Below the pieces are notes generated by a model. It worked only from the letters and a program-made list of their open reading frames with translations, had not been told where the DNA came from and did not search any database. This document shows positions 10,510 to 22,259 of a stretch of DNA of 32,000 bases, piece by piece. Position 1 is the stretch's first letter; each line of letters starts with the position of its first letter. The stretch covers positions 30,001 to 62,000 of the forward strand of contig OY969425.1 in NCBI GenBank assembly GCA_963699255.1, in the 5' to 3' direction. Both the position numbers and the translations under genes were made by a program. Source of the DNA: an uncultured bacterium. Lineage in GTDB: Bacteria > Margulisbacteria > WOR-1 > CAVSGV01.

Positions 10510-10532
10510 GGCCCGCAATCGATTGCGGTGCC
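10510..10532. terminator. Hairpin containing the perfect 16-nt palindrome CCGCAATCGATTGCGG just after the 646-aa gene
   Basis: ccgcaatcgattgcgg at 10513-10528, extended by GGC/GCC outer pairs; T-run only on the minus-strand side. Confidence 0.4.
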
Positions 10533-10595
10533 TCAGGAATAGGAGTAAAATATACATATATATGTAAAGGCCGGAAATGAAGGAAAACCGCGGGT

Positions 10596-10617
10596 AACCT
10601 GCCCTTGGCGGGTTTTT
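10596..10617 (+). terminator. Intrinsic terminator or attenuator-like hairpin immediately 5' of the giant gene
   Basis: AACCTGCC-ctt-GGCGGGTT (8 pairs including one GU) followed by a T run; it ends ~17 nt before the ATG at 10634. Confidence 0.5.
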
Positions 10618-10633
10618 GGTCAGGAAGGATAAT

Positions 10634-13600
10634 ATGCGCATAAAAAATTTATTGATAGGGTTAATGACGGTAATGCTGACGGCGATGCTGTCATCTGCCG
10701 CGTTCGCGGTGCTGGATCCCGCGTCAGGCACTTCAACCCCGAACGGTGATTTTATTTTTGTCCCCAACCAGACGAACACCGCGTCGATAGAGGTAGTAAG
10801 GACGTCCGATGATGCTGCGGTGCAGGCGATCAACGTTGCAAGCGGAACCCCGGCCAGCATGGCGACTTCCCCGGACGGAAAAACCCTTTTTGTCGTCGTT
10901 GCCGGAGCTACAGGAAGCAGGGTAAGGGCCTACAGCATAGGTTCCACAGAGCCTTACTTCTTTATCCTATACGGTACTGAGCTCCACCTACACCGCAGGA
11001 AGGCAGTGCGCCATCACCCCCGACGGAAAATACCTTTATGTGGCGAACTATGATGATTCATTCGCGGGCGCAGGCAGGAGGGTTTACATACTTGATGTTT
11101 CAAATCCTTCAGCAATGACCGTTGCGGGCAGTTTCCAGGTCGCCGCTTCGGATTCCACGGTCAACCTCTGGGGAATAGCCATAAAACCGGACGGCACAAG
11201 GCTTTATGTGGGAGACAGGTACAACTACTACGGTTATTACAAGGTGTGCGTCTACAACATAGCGGGTGCGAACAGAACAAGTCCCCAGCATGTTACGGAC
11301 ATAAACCTTGGCACGACCAAGAACCCGACCTATCTTGCCGTGAATACGGACGGGAACAGGTTATTCGTGAAAGTGGATGAGACAGCGGATCCGGGCGACG
11401 GCGCCAGAAAAGACGTTGAAATGTACGATATTTCAGGCCCCACGCCTGTGCTTATGGCGGAGGTTTATAAGATAACGGGAAATAATTACAGAAGCTACCT
11501 TCCCGGGGACCATCTTCCAACCGGCAACGATCTGGACACGAGGAACGGCAGCGAGGGTATGGCATTAAGCCCCAACGGCTGGTTCATGTATTTTTCAAAT
11601 TTTAACGGGCCTTCCGGCGACGGGAGCCTTTACTATCGGGATACTTTATACGGCTCTTCGATCGCTAATTTAACGAACGGTTTTGACAGGACAAATCCGG
11701 GGGACATCTGGGTAAGCTGGGGCGGATGCACACAGGAGTCCCCGGCCATCTGGAGCGGATGGCATTCTTCCGACGGCATCATCGCCACAAGAAACAATAA
11801 AGTTTATTTTACTTACAGCGATGTAAGCGTGACCCCGGAATATCTCAGCGTGCCGACGACGACCGACGCGAATATTCCCCCGACAGCGCCGAAAATAACC
11901 TATCCTCTGCCGCAAGCTACTAATGTTTCCGGTTTCATTACCTGGGAGCCTTCGCTGGATGACGGCATCGGTCCTCACGGATTAACATACACCGTTGAAA
12001 CCATAGAAGCTTCGACTCTGGAAGGCGGAACAACCGCCTGGAATCACATGGCTTACACCGCGACGGGCGAGGTATATACGCCTCTTATCGGAGTCAAGCC
12101 CGGCGGAACGTATTATGCCAGAGTGCAGGCTTTTGACGGCACATATACCAGCCCATGGTCCTATACGGGGCCGTTCACCATGGATGCCAATTTCCTTTTG
12201 CCACCCACATGGGAGAGCTCTTATCTGATCACATCCAGAGAAGCGGTGATCGACTGGGCAAGTGTTGCGGCGGCCGACAGTTACATTATCCAGTATAGGA
12301 TAACAGGCGAAGCGACCTGGCACAGCACGTCTGCTATAGCAAGCACATACAGGTATAATTCGACAGATCCAAATCCGAACTATAGGCTTACGAACCTTAC
12401 TCCGAGCGCGACCTATGAGGTGAATTTAATCGCGGTTAGGAGCGGGGTCAAAAGCGTCCCGTCTTCAAAGCCTTATGTTTCTTTCTACACGCTGGAAGAG
12501 CCGTGGGTGAGCCACGCCAGGGTCACGTCGACAGAGGCATATATATTGTGGGGACCTGAGGTAAGCACATTGGAGCTGAATGTTCCGAACGCTGTCAATT
12601 ATGAATGCTGGTACAGGATACAGAATGCGCCTGTGGACTGGACAAGAGTCACATGGCCTTCCGGAAAGCAGGACAGTACAACAATGACAGTGTTGAACGC
12701 CAAGCTGAGCGGCTTAACGGCGTCCACCACATATGAGGTCAGGATGAGGACCGTAGATGCATATGGCGGGCGCTCTCTCTGGTCGCCAATTCATGATGTG
12801 TACACGATGGAGCGGCCGTGGGTGAGCCACGCAAAGGTCACATCAACAGAGGCGTATATATTGTGGGGACCCGAAGAAAGCACTTCTTTTAATATACCCA
12901 ATGCCGCCAGCTATCAATATCAGTATATGAAGAAAACGGATACCTCATGGACCACCGGTCCCGAGCCTCTCAGCAAGAGAGACGATGGAACTATGCCCGT
13001 ATTGAATTTTAAGCTGAGCAATTTAACGGCGTCAACCACATATGAAGTTCAGATGAGAGCGTTGGATGTCTATGGCCGCACTTCCGACTGGTCAGCGACG
13101 GATGAAGTGTATACTCTTGAGAGCCCGTGGGTGAGCCACGCCAAGACGTCAACGAACGAATCGTACATATTGTGGGGTTCCTCGACGAGCTTTGAAGTTA
13201 GGAACGCCACTACCTACGAAGCAAGAGCCAGAATAACATCCAGCGCTTCGTGGGATGCGGTCCCGATCAAAGGGGTGCCTCGATATAATCGCGATGACGG
13301 CACCATGTCGCCGACGTTAAACATCAAATTAAGCTCGTTGCTCGGATTTACTCCGATAGTAAACACTACATATGAGGTCAGGATGAGGGCGAGAAATGCC
13401 GGCGGAGCATCTGACTGGTCCGCCACAAATGAAGTGTATGTGCTGGGGACCCCGTGGGTAAGCGCCGCGAAGGTCACATCGAAAGAGGCGTATATATTGT
13501 GGGGGCCGGTAGGCGAGACCGGGCTGGATGTGACCGGAGCTACAAGTTATCAGTGCTGGTACAGGGTGCAGAATGCGCCTGTGGACTGGACAAAGGTCAC

Positions 13601-16600
13601 ATGGCCTGTCGGCAAGCAGGACGATAGGACAATGGCAACGTTGAACGCCAAGCTGAGCGGCTTAACGGCGTCCACCACATATGAGGTCCAGATGAGGGCG
13701 GTTGGATCAGGAGGATACTCTGACTGGTCGCCTATCTATGATGTGTTCACATTTGAGCGGCCCTGGGTGAATCATGCGAACGTCAAAGCGACAGAAGCAT
13801 ACATATTATGGGGGCCTGAAGAAAGCGCTTCTCTTAATATACCCAATGCCGCCAGCTATGTGTATCAATACAGGAAGCCGGCGGATACTTCATGGACCAG
13901 CGGTCCCGAGCCTCTAAGCAAGCAGGACGATGGGACCATGCCCGTGTTGAATTTTAAGTTAACGGGCTTGACGGCGTTGACCACATATGAAGTTCAGATG
14001 AAAGCGCTGGATTCTATCGGCCGCAGCTCAGACTGGTCCGCCACAAACGAGGTGTTCACACTTGAGTGCCCGTGGGTGAGCCACGCCAAGACGTCAACGA
14101 ACGAAGCGTACATATTATGGGGTTCCACGACGAGCTTTGAAGTGATAAACGCCACGACCTACGAAGCCAAAGCCAGAATAGCATCCAGCGCTTCGTGGGC
14201 TTCCATACCGTCGATAGGGGTTCCGCGATATAACCGCGATGATGCCACCATGTCTCCTACGCTGAACATCAAACTAAGCAAGCTGCTTGGTTATGCTCCG
14301 ACTACCGGCGTTACCTATGAGGTAATAATGAGGGCGGATGGACCGGGAGGATACTCCGACTGGTCGGCCACACATGAGGTGTTCATGCTTGAGAGTCCAT
14401 GGGTGGGGCACGCCAAGGTGGCGACCAATGAGGCGATAATATTGTGGGGCGCCACGACCAGTTTCGAGGTTCAAGGGGCTACTAGCTATCAGGCTATGGC
14501 ATGCGCCAAGAACGGGGCATGGCAGCCGATAGTGAGCGTGCCTAACTTTAATATCGATGATGGGACCATAAGCCCGACGGCTACAAGTATGTTCAATATC
14601 AAATTAAGCAAGTTGCTCGGATCAGCTCCGACACTGAACACTACTTATGAAGTAATGATGAGAGCGGTCGGATCCGCGGGTTACTCCGACTGGTCAGCCA
14701 CTCATGAGGTATATATATTGGGGGCCCCATGGGTAAGCCACGCTAATGTTACAGCAACGCAGGAATATGTGTTATGGGGTCCGATAGGCCAAAGCGGCTT
14801 GAATGTGACCGGCGCGGTAAGTTATGAATATCAATACAAGAGAAAGATAGATACTTCATGGATCGGCGGCTCCGAGCCTCTCAGCAAGAGAGATAATATT
14901 TTGATGAGTTGCTTGAACTTCAGGTTGACCGGTTTGACGGCGTCAACCACATATGATGTTCAGGTGAGGTCGGTCGGGACATACGGTCGCTCCGACTGGT
15001 CTGCCACAGATGAAGTGTACACTCTTGAAAGCCCGTGGGTGAGCTACGCTAACATAACAACAAATGAAGCATCCATATTGTGGGGTTCAACGTCGAGCTT
15101 TGAAGTGATAAATGCGGCAACATATGAAGCTAAAGCCAGGATACAGGGCGGCGCTTCGTGGGATACCATCTCGTCCATAGGTGTGCCGCGATATAACCGC
15201 GATGATCCAACTATGGCTCCAACATTGAACATAAAATTAAGCAAGCTGCTCGGAATTGCTCCGACATCGGGCGTTACTTATGAAGTAATTATGAGAGCGG
15301 ATAATGCCGGCGGAGTTTCAGACTGGTCAGCCACAGCTGAGGTGTTCATGATAGGGACCCCGTGGGTAAGCCACGCGAAGGTTTCGTCTAAGGAAGCTTA
15401 TGTGTTGTGGGGACCGATAGGTCAAAGCGGTCTGGATGTGACCGGAGCCTCATCTTATGAATGCCGATACAGGATAAAGGGAGCGCAGGTGCCGTGGACA
15501 ACGAAGATCGAGCCTCTCGGCAAGCAGGACGATCCGACAATGCCTGTATTGAACTTCGAGCTTAGCAATTTAACGCCGTCCACAACATATCAGATCCAGA
15601 TGAGGGCGGATGGAACAGGAGGGAACTCCGGCTGGTCGGCAACAGATGAGGTGTATACTCTGGAGACCCCGTGGGTGAACCATGCGAACGTCAAAAAGAC
15701 AGAAGCATACATAATATGGGGATCGATAAGCGGAGGGTTGGACGTTCCCAACGCCGCCTATTACAAATATCAATACAAGAAGCTGTCGTCCGCGGTATGG
15801 ATGAGCGGTACTCAGCCTCTCGGCATGAAAGACGATCCATCAATGGCCGTGTTGAACTTCAGGCTGGCTGGATTAACGGCATCGACCTCGTATGAGGTCC
15901 AGATGAAGGCGGTAGACGCCCTCGGCGGCGAATCCGACTGGTCGGCCATTGATTATTTCATAACGATACAAGGCCCGTGGTGGATAGATGTAAGCCATGT
16001 AACCGGAACATCCGCTCTTATTTCCTGGGATAATACGGCTCCGGGAGTGACACAGTATGATCTTAGGTACAGCACGGCCCCGTCGGCGGAACTCGGGACA
16101 GCGGTCCTTACTACGGATGCCCAGCTTGCCGTCACCGGTCTTAGTACGAATACACAGTATTACGCGAAAGTGAGGGCGATAACCGCTGCCGGCCCGAGCA
16201 GCTGGACGAGTGTTGCGCCCTTCTTTACAAATCCTGTTGTAGGCCCGTCATGGATAGCTGCTTTCAATACGACAACAACAGCAACAATGGTCACGTGGGA
16301 AGGTGTATCCGGCGCAACATCGTATGAAGTGAATTACGGGATAAATACCATGCCCATGGTGTGGACTTCCTGGGCTCCGTCGCCGCAGGATCAGAATTAC
16401 GGCGGTCCTATTACAGGATTGAACCCGAGGACATGGTATAACCTGAGGGTCAAGCTGCACAGCGGCGCAAGCGCAAGCGAGTGGTCACCCACGGCGTTAT
16501 TTTATACGATACCCGCTCCGACCGGTGTTACACAGATAGGCTCCACCGTGACCACAGCGACCATTACATGGGAGCCCGTGGACATGGGCGGAGGAACGCC

Positions 16601-19600
16601 CGCACCCGCTTACGAGATAAGCTGGGGCGTGGATGCTACTGCTTCCGGAAGCGGTGATGCCGTAACGGGCAACATTAATTATACTATGACAGGATTAACG
16701 ACCGGCTTAACATATTATGTGACGGTCAGGGCACGCGAGAGCTCCAATCCTTCCGATGGATACAGCGATTGGTCCCCGTATCCGGCACTGCAGGTAGTGG
16801 CATCGGGAACCATGGGTCCTGTCGCTCCAGCGTGGTCAAGCCATTACCTGGTCACTTCGAATGAGGCGGTGGTGAACTGGGGAAGCGTTGCACTGGCGGA
16901 CCATTATATCGTGCAATATAAGAAATTGACCGATGCGACCTGGGCCAGCGTAGAGGTGCTAAGCACATATCAATACAATACAGCCGATACGAACCCGAAT
17001 TGCCAGCTTACCAATCTTTCTCCAACCGTGACCTATCAGGTAAGGGTGATATCGGAGATAGGCGCGCTGCAAAGCTTCCCGTCCAATCCGCCGGATACTT
17101 TCTACACTCTGGAAAGGCCATGGGTGGACACCTATAAGCCTGACTCAACCCAGATATATGTTACCTGGGGGCCGGAGGTCAATACATCAGAAGTAGCTGT
17201 TCCGCTCGCGGACCATTATCTCCTGCAATACAGCCAGAACGGCGGAACATCATGGACGACTTATTCGGCCAAGATCCTGGATAACACCGTTCACGATGAC
17301 GCGACCAACCTGAATTTGAACATATTATTGAGCGGCCTGATCACAAATTCAACATATGAGGTCCAGATGAGGACCGTTGACAGCACGGGCGGGTTGAGCG
17401 ACTGGTCGGCCATCAAGACGTTCCACACGATAAGAGCGCCCTGGTGGATAGACGCGACCATTACGGGAGCCGACTCTGCCAACATATTCTGGGACAATGT
17501 GTCAGCTCCGCAGTATGAACTCAGGTACAGCCATAATCCTTCAGCTGAAGGTGCAGGCATGACCGTTGTTACTACTACGGATGCAAAGTGCGCTGTCGCC
17601 GGCCTAGATGTCAATTCCACGTATTATGCGAAGGTCAGGGCGCTGACAGTCGCCGGCGCGAGCGACTGGTCGCCCATAAAGATGTTCGGTACGTTGCCCG
17701 GACCGACCTGGATATCTAATTATTTGACAACGACCACCTCGACCTCGTTCACCTGGGAGGGGGTTGCCGGGACTTATGAGGTGAGCTACGGGACAAATAC
17801 GGATGCTTCAGGCACCCTTATTTATCCGTTCATGCCGACCGATCCTTTTATCACAGGTATTACCGGGCTGACGCCGAAGACATGGTATCACGCGAAAGTG
17901 AGGGCTTATTCCAGCGGGAGCGTAAGCTCATGGTCGCCGATAGATGACTTTTTCACTATACCCGCTCCGAACAATGTTGCCTGGACAGGGTCCACTATAA
18001 CCACAGCATCCATAACATGGGAGCCGGTGGACCTGGGCGGGACGCCGTGCACCTCTTATGAGGTAAGCTGGAGCCTGACGCCCGAGGTTACGGGAAGCGT
18101 CAGTATTATGACCAAAGAGGTTTACTCGACCATATCCGGCTTAACGACAGGTTCGACTTATTATGTGAAAGTCAGGGCGCGTGACGACGCCGACAGCGGA
18201 TACAGCAGCTGGGCGCCGTATCCTCCTCTTACTATCGTGGCGACGGATCAAGCTACGATAAACGATGTGAACGCGGGTTATGGCGTTACAGGCGGCTGGA
18301 GAGGCACAACGGTCATGATCGAAGGGATGAATTTCGGTTCAACTATGGGGACCGTTTCATTTGGATCAACGGTCGCGCAGCCCGGTTACTGGAAGAACAA
18401 TGAAATAGCCGTGTCCGTGCCGCCGACCGCGGTTTCAGGACCTAATGCCATAACGGTCGTGACCAATGCCGGGGTCACCGCGACGAGCGTCCCGTCAACA
18501 TTTTTCTTTACCGTGACCGACGGCGGGGTTGTTCTTGATGACTTTGAAGGCGGCGCGTGGCAGTTCTCCACCTGCGAGGTCGGACCTCTGAACTCCGTGA
18601 GCGCAGTGAAGAACTACACCAACCCGCAGGAGAGGAACACTTATTTGACGGTTGAATGCAACGGGACCGCGGCTTATGAAATAGTGGGCGGGGTTACCCC
18701 GTACGGCGACCAGCCTACCGAGAATGGCATCGACATAAGTTCATGCAAGCAGATAAAGCTCTGGTTCAAAGGCGACGGCTCCACGAATATCGCCACATTC
18801 GAGCTGGGCGAAAGCAATATGGCGCCCGGAAACAATCCGACGAACCCGAATGCCGCGGAAATATGGGCATATAATGTTCCGATCTCCATGTCTAATACGA
18901 ACTGGCAGCAGATAACCATAAACCTGACCACTGAAGGGGCGGGCAGTTTCGCGGTTACCAACTACTGGCCCGGAGACGGCGTTCTTGAACTTAACATGAT
19001 AAAGAGCTACCAGATACTTACGAGCGGCGGGAACCCGAAATCATACGCTGTAGATTATATTTTCGCGACGACGGAAGCAGGCGGAGGCCCTGGGACAGTT
19101 AGCTATAATCTTCAGAATAATGCATCAGGGAACGTCAACTGGGTCGCATTTCCTTATACCGGTTCCGGATATAACACGACGACTGATCTGGCTGCGGCGA
19201 TAGGCAACACGATACCTATTGGTTCTCGTACCGCCTGGGTGGATGTTGTGGAAGTGAACGTATGGGATGCCACCGCCCAGTCTCAAACGACATATCAATC
19301 ATGGTGGGATGGGACCATCTGGAATGATCTGGGCAGCAACGCGAATCTGGTAGTTGGAGATATGTATACGGTTACGGTCCCAAGCAGCGCTAATGGGAAT
19401 GCTTTCTCGATCAATGGGAACACGCCTGCAAGCGGTTCTGTTTCATTTACTCTTCAGAATAATGCATCCGGAAATGTCAACTGGATGACGATACCTGCGT
19501 ATTTATCGGGGATCGTGACAACGACCGATCTGGCAACATCAATAGGCAATAAGATACCGATAGGTTCTCGCACCGCATGGGTGGATGTTGTGGAAGTGAA

Positions 19601-19754
19601 CGTATGGGATCCCGTCGCTCAGTCTCAAACGACATATCAATCATGGTGGGATGGGACCATCTGGAATGATCTGGGCAGCAATACGGCCGTGGTTACACCA
19701 GGCGCGTATAAAGTAACAGTTCCATCGTCAGCAAATGGCCTTGTTTGGCCATAA
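10634..19754 (+). CDS. Giant secreted surface protein (~3039 aa if restored): signal peptide, YVTN/beta-propeller-like region, long FN3 array, IPT/TIG domain, carbohydrate-binding-like domain, two C-terminal repeats; single-base frame disruption near 10954
   Basis: Signal peptide MRIKNLLIGLMTVMLTAMLSSAAFA. ORFs 10616..11053 and 11040..19754 become continuous (STEPTSLSYTVLSSTYTAGRQCAITPDGKYLYVANYDDS) if one T of 10954-10955 is removed. FN3 modules carry the '...W.A...L.GL...TTYEVQMRA' pattern. Confidence 0.85.
12541..15960 (+). repeat. Array of ~310-325 bp FN3-module repeats with a higher-order ~945-950 bp (three-module) period
   Basis: The core 'ayatattgtgggg' recurs at about 12541, 12856, 13165, 13492, 13801, 14110, 14434, 14766, 15073, 15400 and 15711. 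Confidence 0.9.
19130..19740 (+). repeat. Two tandem copies, 342-bp period, of the C-terminal module (LQNNASGNVNW...GSRTAWVDVVEVNVWD...TYQSWWDGTIWNDLGSN)
   Basis: ggttctcgYaccgc at 19221 and 19563; 'cagtctcaaacgacatatcaatcatggtgggatgggaccatctggaatgatctgggcagcaa' is identical in both copies. Confidence 0.9.
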
Positions 19755-19779
19755 TTTTATAAACGGGAGGAAGATTTTT

Positions 19780-22179
19780 ATGATAAAAATGAATTTAAAT
19801 AGAGGAGGGAAGATAGGGCTGCTGATGCTTATGGTGGCGGCAGTTCTGTGCGTAACCGCCAGTGCGTCATTTGCGGTCACGGATCAGACCTGGCTTAAAA
19901 CCGCTGCCGGGGGGCAGGTTGCTGCGGCCGGGAATTGCCGTTTTATAGCCGTTGCAAAAGGCGATGACAGCTACATCATGACAGAGGACGACGGCGGCGC
20001 GAGTTATGCCGACTCGAACGGTGCATATATGGCAGCTGGAACTACAGGATTTGCCAAAACGGACAGCACTCACTGGTCGACAGGATGGATCGTTGCAACG
20101 GATACTTACGCTATATGGGTTTCTTCGATCGCGGACGGTCAGACCGGCACTGCTTCAGGCACGATCGGCACCACTTCACCGAATTACACTACTCCGGGGA
20201 CCAACGCATCCCAGCTGTCTCTGGCAACGACCAGTTATATGGCCGCGCCGGGGAACTTTAAAGCATATGCCGGGGACAAAGTTGCATTATTGAAATGGGA
20301 TGCGGTGACAGGCGCAACAAAGTACAGGATATTCAAGGGACCGGTAACCGGCAATTCCAACAGTCTGTATTCAAAAGTGGGAACAACAACCGGTCTTTGT
20401 TATGAAGATACTTCCTTAACGGATGGAACGGCCTATTATTATATAGTTGTGCCTATGAACGGCAGCAATTGGTACGGTGTTCATGCCAATCAGTTATCGG
20501 TGACACCAAGCGCAACAGGCGCGCCGACCATATCATTGAACCCCACGACCGGTATCGTAGGCTCATCGGTCACGATAACCGGCACAAATTTTGGGGCCGC
20601 ACAGGGGACCGGGTTCGTTGAGTTCAATGGAGTGGTGGCTACGGTAACTTCATGGAGCGCTACTTCAGTGGTTGTAACAGTTCCGACCGGCGCGACAACG
20701 GGCCTTGTTTGTTTAGTTAACTCATCCAATGCCGCAAGCAATGGCGTCACTTTTACGGTTTCCACGCCCGGCACTCCTTCATTTACCAGTATTACTCCCT
20801 CAAGCGGATATAAGGGCGACACGCTCACAAGCGTTGCTATAGTGGGTGCGAATACGAACTTTGTTAATGGAACGACCACGGTGAGCATTAGCGGGAGCAA
20901 TGTGACCGTAAGCAATGTTACCGTGACCAACTCCACACATTTAACCTGTGATATCGCCATAGCTGCCGGGGCAGCCGCGGGAGCAAGGGATGTTGTTGTT
21001 ACGACCGGCAGCGAAGTCGTTACCGGGACAGGATCTTTCACGGTCAAAGCACCTGTATTCACGAGCATTTCTCCGGCCAGTGAAGCGGAGGGGACGACTA
21101 CCAGCGTGACCATAGTTGGAACAGGAACGCACTTTACCGGAACGCCTACTGTGACCTTTAGCGGGACCGGCGTTACCGCCAGCGGCATTTCTGTAACCGA
21201 TGCCACGCATTTAACATGTAATGCCGTCATCGTGGCCGTCACGGCATTGACAGCAAGGGATGTCACCGTAACGACCGGCAGTGAAACCGTTACCGGTACC
21301 GGCGTATTCACGGTCACTTCCGGAGCGCCGACCGTTACCAGCGTTTCTCCGTCAAGCGGGGCGTCGCCGGCTACGGGAATAACGATATCAGGAACGAATT
21401 TCAACGGCGTAACAGGTATAGTTATCGGCTCTACCGCGATAACCACATACACCGTTTCAAGCGCAACATCCATAACCGGCGTTTCCATCCCTTCCGGATT
21501 GGCTGCCGGAGCATATGATATAAAGGTCACGAACGCGTCAGGGACGAGCTCAGTTGTGGCAGGGGATAAATATACGGTAACACCCGGAGTGCCCACCGTT
21601 ACGAGCGTTTCTCCGTCAAGCGGAGCGTCGCCGAATACGGGAATAACGATATCAGGAACGAATTTCAGCGGCGTAACAGGTATAGTTATCGGTTCTACCG
21701 CTATAACCACATACACCGTTTCAAGCGCAACATCCATAACCGGCGTTTCCATCCCCTCCGGACTGGCTGCCGGTATATATGATATACAGGTGACGAACTC
21801 GTCAGGTCAGAGCTCGATCACGGCAGGGGATAAATATACGGTTATCGCCGGCGGCGGCGGCAATGGCTCGGGCATATATGAAGGAGCCGGCGGAGTAATG
21901 ATGGCTTATCCGAACCCGTTCAATCCGCTGGACAAGGCCAATCCGCTCAAGATGCTATTTAACGTGGCTACCGGAGAAGCGGTTGATATTTACATCTTTG
22001 ACACGAACGGAAGGGTGATCTACCAGGACAGGAACAGCGCGATCAATGCGGACAGAACGGTTACTTGGTCCGGAGACACAGCATATGGCGAAACAGTGGA
22101 TAACGGGCTCTACCTTATAAGGGTCGTAAACAACGGAAAACTGGTCGCAAAGGGCAAGATCCTGGTAATAAAGAATTGA
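19780..22179 (+). CDS. Secreted FN3 + multi-IPT/TIG surface protein with C-terminal FlgD-Ig/type-IX-like 'YPNPFNP' tail
   Basis: RBS 'gggaggaag' and signal peptide MIKMNLNRGGKIGLLMLMVAAVLCVTASASFA; repeated PTVTSVSPSSG...TGITISGTNF; C-terminus AYPNPFNPLDKANPLKMLFNV...GLYLIRVVNNGKLVAKGKILVIKN. The start at 19780 is preferred over the ORF start at 19735. Confidence 0.85.
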   Translation: MIKMNLNRGGKIGLLMLMVAAVLCVTASASFAVTDQTWLKTAAGGQVAAAGNCRFIAVAKGDDSYIMTEDDGGASYADSNGAYMAAGTTGFAKTDSTHWSTGWIVATDTYAIWVSSIADGQTGTASGTIGTTSPNYTTPGTNASQLSLATTSYMAAPGNFKAYAGDKVALLKWDAVTGATKYRIFKGPVTGNSNSLYSKVGTTTGLCYEDTSLTDGTAYYYIVVPMNGSNWYGVHANQLSVTPSATGAPTISLNPTTGIVGSSVTITGTNFGAAQGTGFVEFNGVVATVTSWSATSVVVTVPTGATTGLVCLVNSSNAASNGVTFTVSTPGTPSFTSITPSSGYKGDTLTSVAIVGANTNFVNGTTTVSISGSNVTVSNVTVTNSTHLTCDIAIAAGAAAGARDVVVTTGSEVVTGTGSFTVKAPVFTSISPASEAEGTTTSVTIVGTGTHFTGTPTVTFSGTGVTASGISVTDATHLTCNAVIVAVTALTARDVTVTTGSETVTGTGVFTVTSGAPTVTSVSPSSGASPATGITISGTNFNGVTGIVIGSTAITTYTVSSATSITGVSIPSGLAAGAYDIKVTNASGTSSVVAGDKYTVTPGVPTVTSVSPSSGASPNTGITISGTNFSGVTGIVIGSTAITTYTVSSATSITGVSIPSGLAAGIYDIQVTNSSGQSSITAGDKYTVIAGGGGNGSGIYEGAGGVMMAYPNPFNPLDKANPLKMLFNVATGEAVDIYIFDTNGRVIYQDRNSAINADRTVTWSGDTAYGETVDNGLYLIRVVNNGKLVAKGKILVIKN
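21325..21852 (+). repeat. 264-bp (88-aa) tandem duplication of a TIG module
   Basis: PTVTSVSPSSGASPATGITISGTNFNGVTGIVIGSTAITTYTVSSATSITGVSIPSGLAAG... repeats almost identically 264 nt later (accgtt at 21331 and 21595). Confidence 0.95.
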
Positions 22180-22219
22180 AGCCTTTTAAACCCTCCGTCA
22201 ATAACTGACCCAGGGAAAT

Positions 22220-22259
22220 TTCATTCGGACGTCCCGACGCTATAGTCGGGGCAAATGAA
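22220..22259. terminator. Long hairpin downstream of the TIG protein gene (no clear U tract)
   Basis: GTCCCGAC-gctata-GTCGGGGC (22231-22252) flanked by outer TTCATT (22220-22225) / AATGAA (22254-22259). Confidence 0.45.

Noticed and set aside
10567-10636. Known riboswitch (cobalamin, c-di-GMP-I/II, TPP) in the giant-gene leader
   Set aside because: I could not identify the conserved aptamer sequences of these classes; only a generic hairpin/terminator is supportable by eye.
12541-15960. CRISPR-like or mobile-element interpretation of the repeats
   Set aside because: Repeats are ~310-325 bp, in-frame and encode FN3 modules; there are no short repeats with unique spacers and no cas genes or transposase.
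20490-21752. 420-aa minus-strand ORF
   Set aside because: Lies antisense within the TIG-repeat gene; its repeated Val/Thr/Pro-rich sequence mirrors the sense repeats. No independent coding signal.
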